A stretch of DNA of 58,351 nt, the filler included, from Streblomastix strix (taxonomy: Eukaryota), in NCBI GenBank assembly GCA_008636045.1. It is 3 parts of 3 records of this genome, joined end to end, with 100 filler letters (N's around TTAATTAATTAA, not from the genome) between each part and the next. Parts side by side here need not be neighbours in the genome. Positions count along the whole stretch, not along the records: positions 1 to 19,414 come from SNRW01000515.1; positions 19,515 to 38,885 come from SNRW01000517.1; 1 more part is not named here. One strand, given 5' to 3'. Numbering within the stretch: the stretch's first letter is position 1; the number at the start of each line of letters is the position of its first letter. The position numbers and the translations under genes are program-made. Shown here in pieces: positions 14,040-27,050 of the stretch. A model generated the notes under the pieces. It did not search any database and was not told the origin of the DNA. It was given only the letters and a program-made list of their open reading frames with translations.

Positions 14040-15199
14040 ATATTATTATTAATAATATATTTTTAACAATTTCTTCTTTTCAAAATTAAATGCATAAGAT
14101 GTTTTTCTTTTAATTATCAAAGCACCTGCTATTTTGAATAATTAGAGATAAATTAGTCTTTATTGAATCAAAACAAAAAAATTCAAATATTTCGTATTCA
14201 TTTTCATTAATATATTTCAATTTCCTATTATGTATTCTTAATATTTTTCTATCTTTTTCATATTATATGCGATTTTATCAAATAATAAGAAAAAATTAAA
14301 TATACGTAATTTTAATAAAAAGATAACTGTTTTATTGATTTTTGTTTAATCTGAAACGGTTTATAATTTCATCATTAAAATTCGAATTTTTATTTTCTAT
14401 TCGTCTGATCTTTACTATTTTTTGAATAGCATTTTATCTGTAGCGCAAACCAGTGTGATAATTATTTGATTGAATAGATAATAAATATATACATTTTATT
14501 GAACAAGAATGATTGATAAGTTTATATCTTTATGCTGTAAATCTATTAATTATCGAATTTGTTGATATTTCTATAAATTAACCAAGAATATTTTGAGAAT
14601 TAATTTTTATTTACCATGACAAATATGTTTTAATAATAATTACTCCAGAATATTATCTGTGAATCGAACAAATCCAGTCGAAAGATAGAATAATCACTTC
14701 ATAACTCCAGCTACTTTATTCCCAGTTAACGGAAAATACGCTTATTCTACGCGAAATAGAAATATTCTCAGTAAATAAACATTTATATATCTATATGATT
14801 ATACTGATACCTTGAAAAACTTAGATAAGCTAAAAAGCCTTCAATTCCTTATTAGTTATATATGTTTGTTGTTCTTGATTACAATTTGTATTTAGTATAT
14901 TGTCTCTTACTTAATAATGCATTTGAATAATCATACTATTTTTAAATTCATATCGAAATTCATAATACAAAATTTCACTAAAACTAATTTATTACCAAAA
15001 TTCGATATTGTACATTCACTCACTAAAGCCTAAAGGCATGAAAATATATCTCAAACAATGGTATTACTTATTAAACTCATACTTCACTCTTATCAAGATC
15101 ATATTTAAATCTAAACAATTTTTTTTTTTTTTATTATATTCTTATTAATTATTATTATTCTTTCCTTTATTTGTTTTGAACAGTATCAGATCAATGATT

Positions 15200-18100
15200 G
15201 GCTTTGCTAAGCTAGCGTTCAAGGACTGTTTGCACATTGAATGAGTTATTCAAAGTAGAATGAAGGATTTAACTTAATTTATTATTTTATATTCAGTCAA
15301 AATGACGAAATTGGGATAAGGATCGTAAGGACACACTTATCTGGGTACTCTGATTGCTACAAATGATTAATATGCAATAAAGAAGGAAGAATACCTTGAT
15401 GAAGAAGATAAATAGAGATTGAATGAAAAAATTGAGTAGATGAAAAGATTGGAATCAAGATTCACTGTATGTTTATGAATATTTTATATTTATGTTTATA
15501 AAGATATTATTATATTTTAAATTCATATATATATTCAATTTTTCATTTTATTATATTTTTATATATTTCCATATCAGGTGAAACTTCTAGGTACATTTAT
15601 TCGAGATGATGAAATCTTCTTAGTGAAGGAACTATGTTCAAAAGGAGATCTCAGGAAAGTGATTTCAGATCTATAGAAACTTCCAGAGAAAGAAAGAGTA
15701 TTGGTTTGTATTATATATTAATATATTATATTTATTATTGATATTTAAACTAATTTGAATTAATTATTATATATAATCATATTCGTATTAAATTATTAAT
15801 GAATAGTAAGTATGGGCTATTCTTGGTCAGATTATAAGATCTCTTGATCATCTTCATTCTAATTCTGTTGTACATCGGTTTGTTGAATATGATTATCATT
15901 TCATTATCTATTATTTATTTTCTTTATTCATTTTGATATTTAATACAATATTGATTTCAGGAACATCAAACCAGAGAATATCTTTGTAATGGAAGATGGA
16001 TCAGTTCGCCTTGGTATGATTTATATAATAATAATATTTCCTTATATTTTATTATTAATTTAATTAATTCATTATTAATATTAATTAATATTATATTTTG
16101 CTTATTCAGATGATTTTTGTTTAGCCAAAGTGATATCGAGTCATGATAATATGATGATGGCAGGTACTAAGTATGAATATATAATTGAATAATAAATAAA
16201 TCGTTTATTCAGAAATATTTTAATATTCATTGTAATTTATATTGTCTATTTTTCATTTAGTGTCTACATGGCTTCAGAATTCTGGCTTTTGAAGAAGTAT
16301 GATTTAATTCTAGAATAAATAATTTTGAATTTAAATCTTAATTAATTTATTTTCAATAATTAATTATTGATCATATTACCAATATTATATTATTAATAGG
16401 ACTGATTATTTGAGTGATATCTTCTCAGTTGGAATTGTAACAACGGAACTTCTCACGGGGCGTAGTACTTTTGAAGCTGGGACTGAATAAGCTACAATTG
16501 ACAGGATAAAAGCTGGTAAACCAGATTAATTACCTGATTTTGTACCCAGGGGGATGAAAGAATTAATTACTGCCATGTTGAGTCATGTTTGTTAATTATA
16601 TATAATAATGTTTATATTTTAATAATAATTATTATTTGTATATATATAATAAACTATCTATTTATTACTTAATAACTATTTAGGATGCTGATGAACGTCC
16701 ATCGACAAAGCAGATTATGGAACATGATACAATCAGAGTATGTCTTAAAATGCAAGAATAGAAAGAAAATAACCTAAATGAAATAGCACTAATAAAATCG
16801 CAACTTGCCATACAATAGTCACCAGTAACTCAATCAACAGTTGAATAAGTGAGAAAGGGTATTAATAAAAAGAAAATTAAATTTAGTTTTTGATTATTTA
16901 TTTGCTTAATTATACATTGATATTATCTATATTCAATATTAATCATTAATATCTTTTTTATTAATTACTATAAACTAAGTTGAAAAGAAAGAAGAGAAGT
17001 AGGATGATAAGAAACTTCATCGCTATAAAGAAAAAGATAAAAAGAAAGATAATTATAAAAAATAAGAAGAGATATAAAACGTTTCGTAACAATAAGGTAA
17101 TATAATATAGAAATTTAAATTAAAAAATTGATTATTTATTTGCTTATTTAATTGAAATAAAATTCCTTATTCAATATTATTCTTTAATATCTTTTTACAT
17201 TATATATAACTAATATAATTTCCTTATTATATTATTTTAATATAGTCTTTACTCCTGTTGAAAGTGAAGCCCTCGAAGATGTTGAAATTAGTGAGAATAC
17301 ATATACAAATAAGAATGAGAATTCTTGCATGATTCTATTGAACCCTGTTATCAATAGAGGAATTGTAAAGATTGAAGTTCTTGGAGTAAAAAACTTATAG
17401 GGTTATATCAAATATTAATATTTGAATATTGAATAATAATTGGATATTTATATTAATATATTTAACAACTTCTCCATATTTAATCTGATTCACTTTATAT
17501 TTATATCTATTTTAACAGATGTAGGAATCGCAGATGAATCTGTGCGCTATGGTCGAAATGAATATCCTGAAATAAGAGGTATTTAATATTTAATATATTT
17601 GAGATTATTGAATTATTAATGAAATATTGATTATATTCTTTTTATTCAATATTAACTATAATAGGATGGGATTAGATCGTAAATTACAGTTGTAAGTGTG
17701 ATTATTATAATATTTCAACAATTAATTTATTTCTTTTTTATTTGAACTGTTTTGTACTTTATCATCATTGCATTTATTTCTATCACATTATTATTGTATT
17801 TATTATTTTAGCGGAGATATTCAACATATTGATGGTTATCCGATTTGGGGAAACTCTAATTTCAGGATCAATGGATCTCGTATTGGAATGGAGGTTTGCA
17901 TGATTGAGATGAATTGAATTATTATTAAAATATTATATGAATATATAATTATTAATAAAATATATGTGATAACTTCAAATATTTTATTCTTAATTCTTCA
18001 TTAATATAAATCAGCTTAATATGGAATCAAATCCTCGTACTCTTACTTTCTTTATTGATGATGAAGAGTAGCCAAACTACGTCACTAATATCCCAAATGC

Positions 18101-18348
18101 CGTGAGAATATGGGTATGTAAATAATATTATATTAATTAATATTATATATAAACTACTAAATAAATATGTATTATTAATATATTTCTATTAATCATCACT
18201 TTTTTATTGTTTATTAACTTAACAGTGTTACATGGATGATTAGCTTGCTTCATTTAAAACCGCGAAGTTCGAATTTCTCACAAAACCGACAGCTAAACAC
18301 GGGGGCGAATCGTATGCATATGAATATGGAACAGAATGGGATCATTGA
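15200..18348 (+). pseudogene. NEK-like protein kinase with C-terminal SPRY/B30.2-like domain, multi-intron, degenerate
   Basis: Spliced: LGQGSQG, YAIKK, ELCSKGDL, HLHSNSVVHRNIKPENI, DDFCLAK, AGTKVYMASE, SDIFSVG, ERPS. Then VGIADES..LNMESNPRTLTFFIDDEEQPNYVTNIPNAVRIW..EYGTEWDH*, with TGA at 18346-18348. HRD is HRN, DFG is DFC, APE is ASE, and there is a frameshift at the exon 1/2 junction. Confidence 0.85.
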
Positions 18349-18761
18349 ATAAAACAATAAAAGAGATAAAGAAAATGAAACGAAGCAACTGTATTAGAAT
18401 CAGAATTAGTTTTGATAAAGATTAAGAATATTTTTCTTATTTAAGTATCCATTAACTCCGTACACTTCAGTTGTTACTATTTAATACTAGTTTTATTTAA
18501 ATCAAATATAAATTTTTAAACCGATGAGCTAATATAAAATCTAATTCATTATGCCATTTAAATTCTGTTCATTAATTTTTGAAACATTTCGAACTCATAT
18601 TGTACTTGTATAATTTCCTACCAATTCATTTTGCTTAAATCGAGAAATACAACAGCGGAATTTCCTTTTATTTTTTTATTCTTTTATAAGAGTTTATTAA
18701 AATATATTATTAAATGTAACTCGAGAAGAGTAAATGATATTAAACAAGTATAGTTTTTATA

Positions 18762-19414
18762 TCAATCGCTATTCTATGCTTACTAAATAATTCGTTCAAG
18801 TTCTGTTAAATATTAGCACTTGAATGTTTAAAATGAATATATTTCCTCTTTGTCCTCATATTTCCAAAGTCCAAATATAGCAGCAATGATATTCAACACC
18901 CTAGGATCAAATAATAGCTTTACATGTTCGGATTGTCTAATTTCAAATCTAGCGTTTAATTAAATTTAAATTAAACTGAATTATAATAATAAAGAAATAT
19001 AAACCTCGCATTTGCTTTCAGACCATCTGCAGCAGAACTATAGCAAGGCACAGTGCCATCGCCATCAACAACTGTCCACATTGGATATATATCTGAATTT
19101 AGTTTAAATAATTCTTATTGTTTTAAAGGAAGATTTTATATTGACAATTAATCATAATGAATATAATCAGAAGATTATGGTGATTGCGAATTTATATTGT
19201 ATTCAATTTTCTGTCTTGTTTTAATTTCGGGTTATCCTTGGCTCATGTAATCACAATATTCTGCAAGGTGTTATATGGATGAAATGTGAAATCTTTATGA
19301 GAAAATTGATATAGAGAATAAAAAATGATAAAATATGTTATAATTGTTATATAGAATTAATTTTTTAAATTAATCCTAAAAATGCAAACTTATGCTTATC
19401 AGGGTTTTCACCAT
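18762..19414 (-). CDS. LCAT/phospholipase A family acyltransferase, C-terminal exons (5' truncated by contig end)
   Basis: WTVVDGDGTVPCYSSAADG-(intron)-RFEIRQSEHVKLLFDPRV carries the catalytic Asp and His motifs of the LCAT family. Confidence 0.75.
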
Positions 19415-19514
19415 NNNNNNNNNNNNNNNNNNNNNNNNNNNNNNNNNNNNNNNNNNNNTTAATTAATTAANNNNNNNNNNNNNNNNNNNNNNNNNNNNNN
19501 NNNNNNNNNNNNNN
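19415..19514. other. Artificial contig linker
   Basis: N44-TTAATTAATTAA-N44. Confidence 0.98.
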
Positions 19515-19764
19515 TTTTATAAAGAGTTGTGGCCAACTGGACAAATGGCCAGGAGTGAGAAAAATAAAGTCGATTAATTATTTGTTTATAATGTATCGAG
19601 TGCATTGAGTCATAAAACATCAAAGAAATTTATGGAATTCGCACGTGTAAATGGCTGCATTAATGAATGACTTTTGACCACATCGTGTGTATCGAGTCAA
19701 AAACATTCATCAAAAACTGTGGCTAACAGGACAACAGAACAGAATTGAGAAAAATAAATATTGC

Positions 19765-20760
19765 TCAAGCATTTATACTATCATTTGCATCTTCATTAAT
19801 GTCTTGATCCTCTTCCCTTAACCTATCATAAAATTTTATTAAATCCTCATTCAATTTATATATCCTTGTTCTTATTTCCTAATTTCATTTTTTATATTCT
19901 TTGACATTTATTTTTATAATTATAATTAGAATGATTTTTCTTTAACATCGAATGGTCTGAATTAAAATGCAATAGTACAAGGTTCGCCTTCTTTAAACGC
20001 TTGATAATTTATAAGATTACATCATCAAGTTATGAACGTGATGCTCTAATTATGTCCTTTTTCGCTTCTGTAAATGAAATGATTCTTTAGTTCCAGCTTT
20101 CAATATTTCTGGTCATAAAATAAGTAAATAAATTGAAATAAAATTCAGAAATGAAATCATTAGATAGAGATGTAAAATATTCAACGTCGTCCCTATGAAC
20201 TGCCTTATATTTACATACAACATAACGTATATCGTTAGTTTCAATCTTGATTGAGAAATCGTTTTAGTTACCATTATCAAATTTAGTATATTTTCTGATT
20301 TTCTGCTAGGTTAATTTTTTCATTTATTCTTATTTAACTATCTGTTATAATAGACTTCAAAGCATCCATATTTGAATATCTCGCATCTCCAAAATTTTTA
20401 AATTTATTATCTATTCCAATCATTATATTTTTAACGACAGAATTAAATTATCCTGAAAATTCACTAGTATCTGTAATATTTTTAATTGAATAACCAGCCA
20501 ATAATTCTCATAGAATATCTGTTAATCTGTTCTTGATTATACATTTACTGCCTAAAATATCAATGCCACTTCTGATTTAACACCTACATTTTATGTAACA
20601 AATGCAATCCAATTTAGAACATAATTATATAAATTTTCATCTTCTGCTGCTACTGTTTCATATATTAAATTTAGATAATCATCAATTTGATCTTCATTAA
20701 CCGTGGATAATTATTAATATTTATTGCTTTAAATAAACTGAAAACGTCTTATTCATCAGT
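19765..20760 (-). pseudogene. D5-like/SF3 helicase (Polinton-associated), degenerate
   Basis: YETVAAEDENLYNYVLNWIAF..GVKSEVALI, degenerate Walker A, GQFNSVV, MDALKSIITDSQIRINEK, NDIRYVVCK, FTEAKKDIIRASRS; ends DINEDANDSINA*. Frameshifts present. Confidence 0.8.
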
Positions 20761-21150
20761 AGCTATATTAAAAAGGAGAGTACACCACATTAAAAAATAA
20801 AAATAAATAATATAATAAAAATAAAGATAATAAATAATTTTAATAAATAATGAAAATAAATAATGTAAAAGATAGTAAACACTTGAATAAGATTATTGAT
20901 TGGGAAATTGAATATCATGAATGAGTATGGATATTGAAGTATGTTAGTGATATACGTTAGTGAATGAGATTAATGATATGTGTTGACGAATTTCATTAGT
21001 AAAATGCATTGAATAAGGGCGAGAAATTGAGTTTGGTTATGAATGACTTTTGACTGCATCGATTACATCGAGTGCATCGTGTCAAATGGGTTCTATGAAA
21101 AATGCTAGTCGATCCGCCAGATAGTCGATACATGAAAAAATAAATATTGT

Positions 21151-21494
21151 TCAAACGTTGAATGAATCATTAGCATCTTCATTAATGTCTTTTTTGATTT
21201 CATATTTTTTAATCAATTCATTTATTGTTATCAAATCATTAATTTTCACGATTATTTTTTAAGTTTTTTAATTATTAATAATTGCATCTCATTTACTTTA
21301 GAAACAAAATTTGTATAATTTTAATTGTATCTAATTCTTGCATTTTTGCATAGTTCTCTAGCAGCAATCGTCACTTATTCTTTATTAGTGTATTTCCTTG
21401 GAAGTCCTTGGTTTGTTGAATTAAATGGTTCAGTTTATGCTGCTTCATTGATTGTTTCATTGATTGTTTCGTTTATTGTCCCAATAGCTGTCAT
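21151..21494 (-). pseudogene. Small Polinton-associated ORF with degenerate AT-hook-like GLPRKY motif
   Basis: MTAIGTINETINET..QGLPRKYTNKEQ..DINEDANDSFNV*; one internal TGA. Confidence 0.5.
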
Positions 21495-21539
21495 TTCTTA
21501 TATGATAAAAATTATAAAATAAATAAGTAAATTTTATTA

Positions 21540-22700
21540 TCTCATCTAAATAAAAACTCTGTTGCATAATATTCTGGTATAGATTCATTATTTTCTGAAA
21601 CATATTTACAGTAATATGGAGGTATTTTTATTATATTTATTTTATAAGAATGATTCAATAATCGGCATAAAACATTACCATTTACGTATCTAAAGAACCC
21701 AGCTAATTAAATGAAATTTTTTCTTTTTTTTATAAATTTTTTTTATGTTTTTTTAGAAATCTAGATATATTAATATTATATTTCCTGCCTTAAGTGATAA
21801 TATGCCCTGTTATCGTTATTTTGCTAATTATCGCTCTAATTTTTTCATTTATGAACGATTATACTACCCTTCTAAATCTCTTGATAATTGAACTTAATAC
21901 GGACAATATTTATTTTTAAAGCCAGATGTGGAGTATCATTTTATATTCTAACGACTATTTACATTCATTTATTCGTTGAAAATTAATTAAATTTATAACC
22001 TAATTCATTGTTTACTGTATGAATAACTGAATCGACAACTCTATTATGATTCGTGAATATTAAATCAGTGAAATAGCAATTAATTTTATTCTTTGAACAA
22101 AATAAAGCAAAATACGAACCATTAAATCCTTTCTTGCCATCACCACGAATGTTATTTTCGTAATAATTTTTTAATTAATTTTTACAATTATCCTACTATT
22201 TATGCAGCTGATTTATCTATTAAAGGCTATATCACTAAATATTTTATATTATTATTTATGCAAAATAAATATAAATTTGTTTTTATTCTTTTTTCTCCTT
22301 CATTTAATATTTCGTCTTATTCGAAGATAGCATCATCATATTCATCATTATTTTCCTGCAAGTCTTAATCGATTGAAAATACTATATCTATTTCCCAACT
22401 TCCTAACTTTGGAGAGAAATAAGGTCGTTGTAGTCCTTAAAATGGTTTAATTTTTTAATCTTTCATCGGAACTTACGCATCTTTTTAATTAAAAGCATAT
22501 TTTTATTTATTGATTTTTTCAGACAGTTTTAATTTTGATTTGAAGGGAAAATATTGCATATTTTCATCGTTGCCACCTTAAACGGATTGCTGGCTGGATG
22601 ATTGATTGGATGATTGTCTGGATGATTAAACATCTTTATATAATTGTTTATTTTTTATTTATACTTTTATTTTGTTGGTTCATGTTACGATTAAACTGAA
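21540..22700 (-). pseudogene. Retroviral-like (Polinton-type) integrase, degenerate
   Basis: QRPYFSPKLGSWEIDIVF, NIRGDGKKGF, NHNRVVDSVIHT, NDTPHLA, IKIPPYYCKYVSE. Frameshifts present; the 5' part is probably interrupted by the foldback element. Confidence 0.8.
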
Positions 22701-22706
22701 ACATAA

Positions 22707-23556
22707 TATCGTACGGAGAAAATGTCCGTCCGAGTAAGGTAACTTCGCCATCTTTAATCATCCAACAATTATCTATATATACTTTATATAAGACCATTAT
22801 TGTATGGAAAACAGGAGATTATAATAAATATTCAATCTGAAGAAATAAGCGAACTTGAAAATTTTTATATAGGAAATAGGTAAATTTTTCATTAATTATT
22901 TTTTATCTCGTAACCCATTAAACAGATTCGAAAAGTTTTTCTTTTTTTTTAATAATGTAACGATATTATCAAAACAAAAATATAATTATTAAAATCTTTA
23001 ATCATCTAAAAAGCACGAAAATCAAAAGTCTTTATTTTTTCAATTATATAAACTTTTTTTTATTGTAGCAGTTCAAATTTTTTAAATATCCACCAGATTA
23101 AGAAACATTTTGAATATGTTATTATATGTCAGATTATTATAAAAATAATTTAATATCAATTAAAATTAATTTAATTTTTGAAAAATTTGAACTGCTACAA
23201 TAAAAAAAAGTTTATATAATTGAAAAAATAAAGACTTTTGATTTGCGTGCTTTTTAGATGATTAAAGATTTTAATAATTATATTTTTGTTTTGATAATAT
23301 CGTTACATTATTAAAAAAAAAGAAAAACTTTTCGAATCTGTTTAATGGGTTACGAGATAAAAAATAATTAATGAAAAATTTACCTATTTCCTATATAAAA
23401 ATTTTCAAGTTCGCTTATTTCTTCAGATTGAATATTTATAATACTCTCATGTTTTCCATACAATAATGGCCTTATATAAAGTATATATAGATAATTGTTG
23501 GATGATTAAAGATGGCGAAGTTACCTTACTCGGACGGACATTTTCTCCGTACGATA
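22707..23556. mobile_element. Foldback/MITE-like element, ~380-bp near-perfect inverted arms with ~90-bp spacer, TA-flanked
   Basis: TA|TCGTACGGAGAAAATGTCCGTCCGAGTAAGG at 22707 is the reverse complement of the sequence ending at 23556. Arms are ~22707-23085 and ~23177-23556. Confidence 0.92.
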
Positions 23557-23993
23557 ACAATACTAATCTGCTAATGTTTGTTTTCCAATAATTATTTAAT
23601 CAGCATTTTCTTCCATAAAATCAATATGTTTCTTCTTTACAATTTTAAATTTATTTTTTATTAACTCTGAAAGAGACATTTTATAATGAATTTTTTATGC
23701 TTTATCATCTATCTTTTATTATACTTCAAATTCATATTTTTCTCATTGATGTTTATCATCAGCAAAAGCCCTAAGTATATCTTAATACAAAATATTTTCA
23801 TTTTATATTTATTTCTTATAAAACTAAAACAATTTATGTTCAATTAACCGATGAAACCAATTAATAATAATGCAGAATGGCAGTCTAGCAGCAGTTTTTG
23901 ATGAAAGTTTTTGACTTGATGCACTCAATTCACTCGATGCAATCAAAAGTCATTCACTATCAGCATCAATTATAAATGCCAAAATAACACTTT

Positions 23994-26900
23994 TCATCGA
24001 TATTTTTTTAGATTATATAATTACTTGAACTCAATTGCTATCCATTAATGTACAGGATTGGAGCACAACACTAATTTTGAATGACAACCATTTTATTATG
24101 AATTGATGTTAAACCTACTTTAATTATTTATATTTTTGACATATATTTATTTCTTTAAACAAAGATAATATTTTGAGCATAAATTTATTCACCATTTAAA
24201 GATTATTTAAATGTTTCATCGTTTATATGAACATTTTATTTTTATACTATTCCTTTCAAACAATAATTGTAATCGTTTTCATTTTAATTAGGTAGGGGAT
24301 TATAAATGTAATGAATATTTGGAGCTTATGCGATGCAAGCCGTTCCTTCTGCCTCATAACTGACTCCCAATAATTGTTTATATTATCCGAAGAAAAGAGG
24401 GTAATTTCCATCGAAAAATTTCTAGTCCTTGATTATGTATTTAAACTTCTGCCTGTATCTTTCTTCTGCATCAGGGTTACCGCAGATGGCCAATGTCACT
24501 GAATCATTATCTCCATAAGTATAATGCATCATGCTCATATCGAAAGCTTTAGCCATAAAATTATAGATAAAATTTATATATCAATATTTGTTATTATCAA
24601 GCATGAAATACGCAGAATGGAGGCATGTGTTACAGTTGCAGCTCTCAGCATTAAATTATATAGCAAATAAATCGTCTGTTAATTATTATTCATTAACGAA
24701 TGAACCTTGGAAATGAGACAACCACGTTCTATCAGAGCTCAACAGTTTCGTTTGCGAATATTTTTCTTAATTCATCTCATCACTTCCATAGCTTGAGTTC
24801 ATAGTTAATTTATAGAACTACTATTTTCAATTATTTTTTCATTTATTGCCTATATTCATTGATTCATAAATTACTTATCAAACGGATTTAATCTGCTGTG
24901 CTTCGAGAATGTTATAATACATTAAATATCGTCAATAATCAAATGAAAATCATCAATGAGAAGCCACAAATAATAATTATTGAATGATATGAACTAATCA
25001 TGCGTAGATGAAAAATTCTTTAATTTTTGTTCAAATTTATCGTGCTACATGTTAATTGTCAGTAATAGATTATATATATAAGTTTCTAATGTTTTTTCAT
25101 CGTTCATTATATCAAAGTTTCTTAATATCTGAAGAAAATTAATGAAATCATTTATATGTTATTCGTCGATGTGTCCTTTAACAACTGCCATAAATAACGG
25201 CATTCCATCAACGTCAATAAATCGTAGAAGATCATAAATTAAATTTCATGCTTTTTATTTATCAGTAATTTTATCTAATATTTGTCCCGCCAGGTATAAA
25301 CAATAACCAGAATATTTGATGAACTTATGCAGCTCTGAGCTCATAACAGAAGGATATTAACAATTGAAATCTAGAGTTTAAAGATGGGCCATTGTGCAGT
25401 GACTGTCCTTACTGATGACCTTTCCATTATTATATTTTAATTAATTTATTTTAATTTCACCTGCAACGTTATATCTATATATAACTTACGATAATCTGCC
25501 AGTGATTCCAGTACGTAAAATCTTATAAATTTCTTCATCAGTTATTGTCATTGGAAGCGACTTCAACAGACAAAAATTCTTTAATTATATTACTAATCTT
25601 GTTAAATTTTTATCTTTATATGAATTAAATTTATTTCAGAATAAGCAGCATAGTTTCACGTTATCTGCAGAATGACCCTTGTCGTTGTTGATTCTGTTTA
25701 ATGTTGGAGGAATTTCGCTTTTAAATCGTGCCTTGCATATGTAGCATCCTACTGATAGAAATAATTTTCTGTAGAACGCACAATCCGATTCCTTGATGTT
25801 GTTGCTTGTGTCTCTATTTCTTTTTTTATCTTATTCCAGATAATTTTAAACTTTAATGTTCCAATAATTTTGTGTAAGCAAAAATGATGCATAACTATCT
25901 TTTGGCGTGTAATCTTAATCCAATTTGAAATTGCTTTAAGCAAGGGCATATTTTATAGCATTGGCGCATGCTAACATCGATATAAACTGCATCATGTCAA
26001 ATTTATAATTGAAGAACATATCAATTAAGTAATCCAACAGCTGGATCATTAGAAGAGTGTCTTCAAAGTTGTAGTATCGAAGATAATCCCAATCATTTGA
26101 ATAATTATAAACTACAGCTAAATAATTTTAGTATTTCTCTTCACTCATATTTTTATTTTTAATTGTATTTCTAAACGCTTCAATCGGAAATGGCTAAGGA
26201 TTATTCATTATTTCATTATAGTTATCGTAATTGATGTATTCATATGAAAATTTTAACTTCGCTGGAATGCATTACGTTGATTTAGGTGTGAATCTTTTAT
26301 GAATTATTTTAATTTCATTATCGTGCAATAAATCATCGCATCGATGAACCGCAATTTGATTCCTGTTATGTTATGTTTAACGATGATTTATTTATTATTT
26401 GAACCATTACCAATATATTTAATTATTTATCATTTATCGCTTTATAAATTTTTAGGAATTGGAATAACATCAAACTTTGAAGAATTGAAGCCAATAACTG
26501 GTACCTCATAATGCTATGGTATCTACTCATCTTCATAATTTTTTGAATCAATAACTTTTCAGGCGTCTTTCAACAATTATTTTATCCATATATTAATAAA
26601 GTTAGAGGTTCATATGAGCGATTCTCAACGGAGATTTTGATTTCAATTTTAATGAAAATTATTATACCACACAATTCAACTAAATTCGTGAAATATATAA
26701 TAAATCATAAATTTATTCTTTCGTGAACTTTAACACCTTTTTTATTTATATCTTTTTCATATAAATGTCATTAAATTTATGAAATATTTCCTTTGAGTAT
26801 TTATTAAAAATTACATATATTTTTGATTATAATCTAAATTGAACATTTAAATTCTGTAATTGTTGATATAATTACCATGAAACAAACTTTATCTTTTCAA

Positions 26901-27050
26901 GCCACATTAGTGCAACTTAATACCAATTATAAATATAATTTAAGATAAAAAATACTATTATAATCAAATTTATTTAAAACAGACCATATTCATATTTAAA
27001 TTATTGAGTTGAAATCGATTCTATAATATTTACAATAAATTGAAACTTTA
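23994..27050 (-). pseudogene. Protein-primed family B DNA polymerase (pPolB), degenerate
   Basis: VIGFNSSKFD (Exo II), YEYINYD, IFRTGITGRLS, LDFNCQYPSVMSS (motif A), YKLTMNSSYG (motif B), YGDNDS (motif C, T to N), KMVVIQNQCCAP C-terminus. Many frameshifts and stops; the 5' end is approximate. Confidence 0.88.

Larger units (their letters stand above)
19515..27050 (-). mobile_element. Degraded Polinton/Maverick-like endogenous viral element
   Basis: Co-oriented, apparently intronless SF3 helicase, small ORF, retroviral-like integrase and protein-primed PolB. Confidence 0.85.

Noticed and set aside
9914..14047. 8-bp TSD for the hAT element
   Set aside because: Flanks AAATTCAA and ATATTATT match at only 4 of 8 positions.
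19415..19514. TTAATTAATTAA palindrome within N runs (also 38886-38985)
   Set aside because: Artificial linker. Contig lengths (19414, 19371, 19366) look size-sorted, so no linkage across contigs should be inferred.
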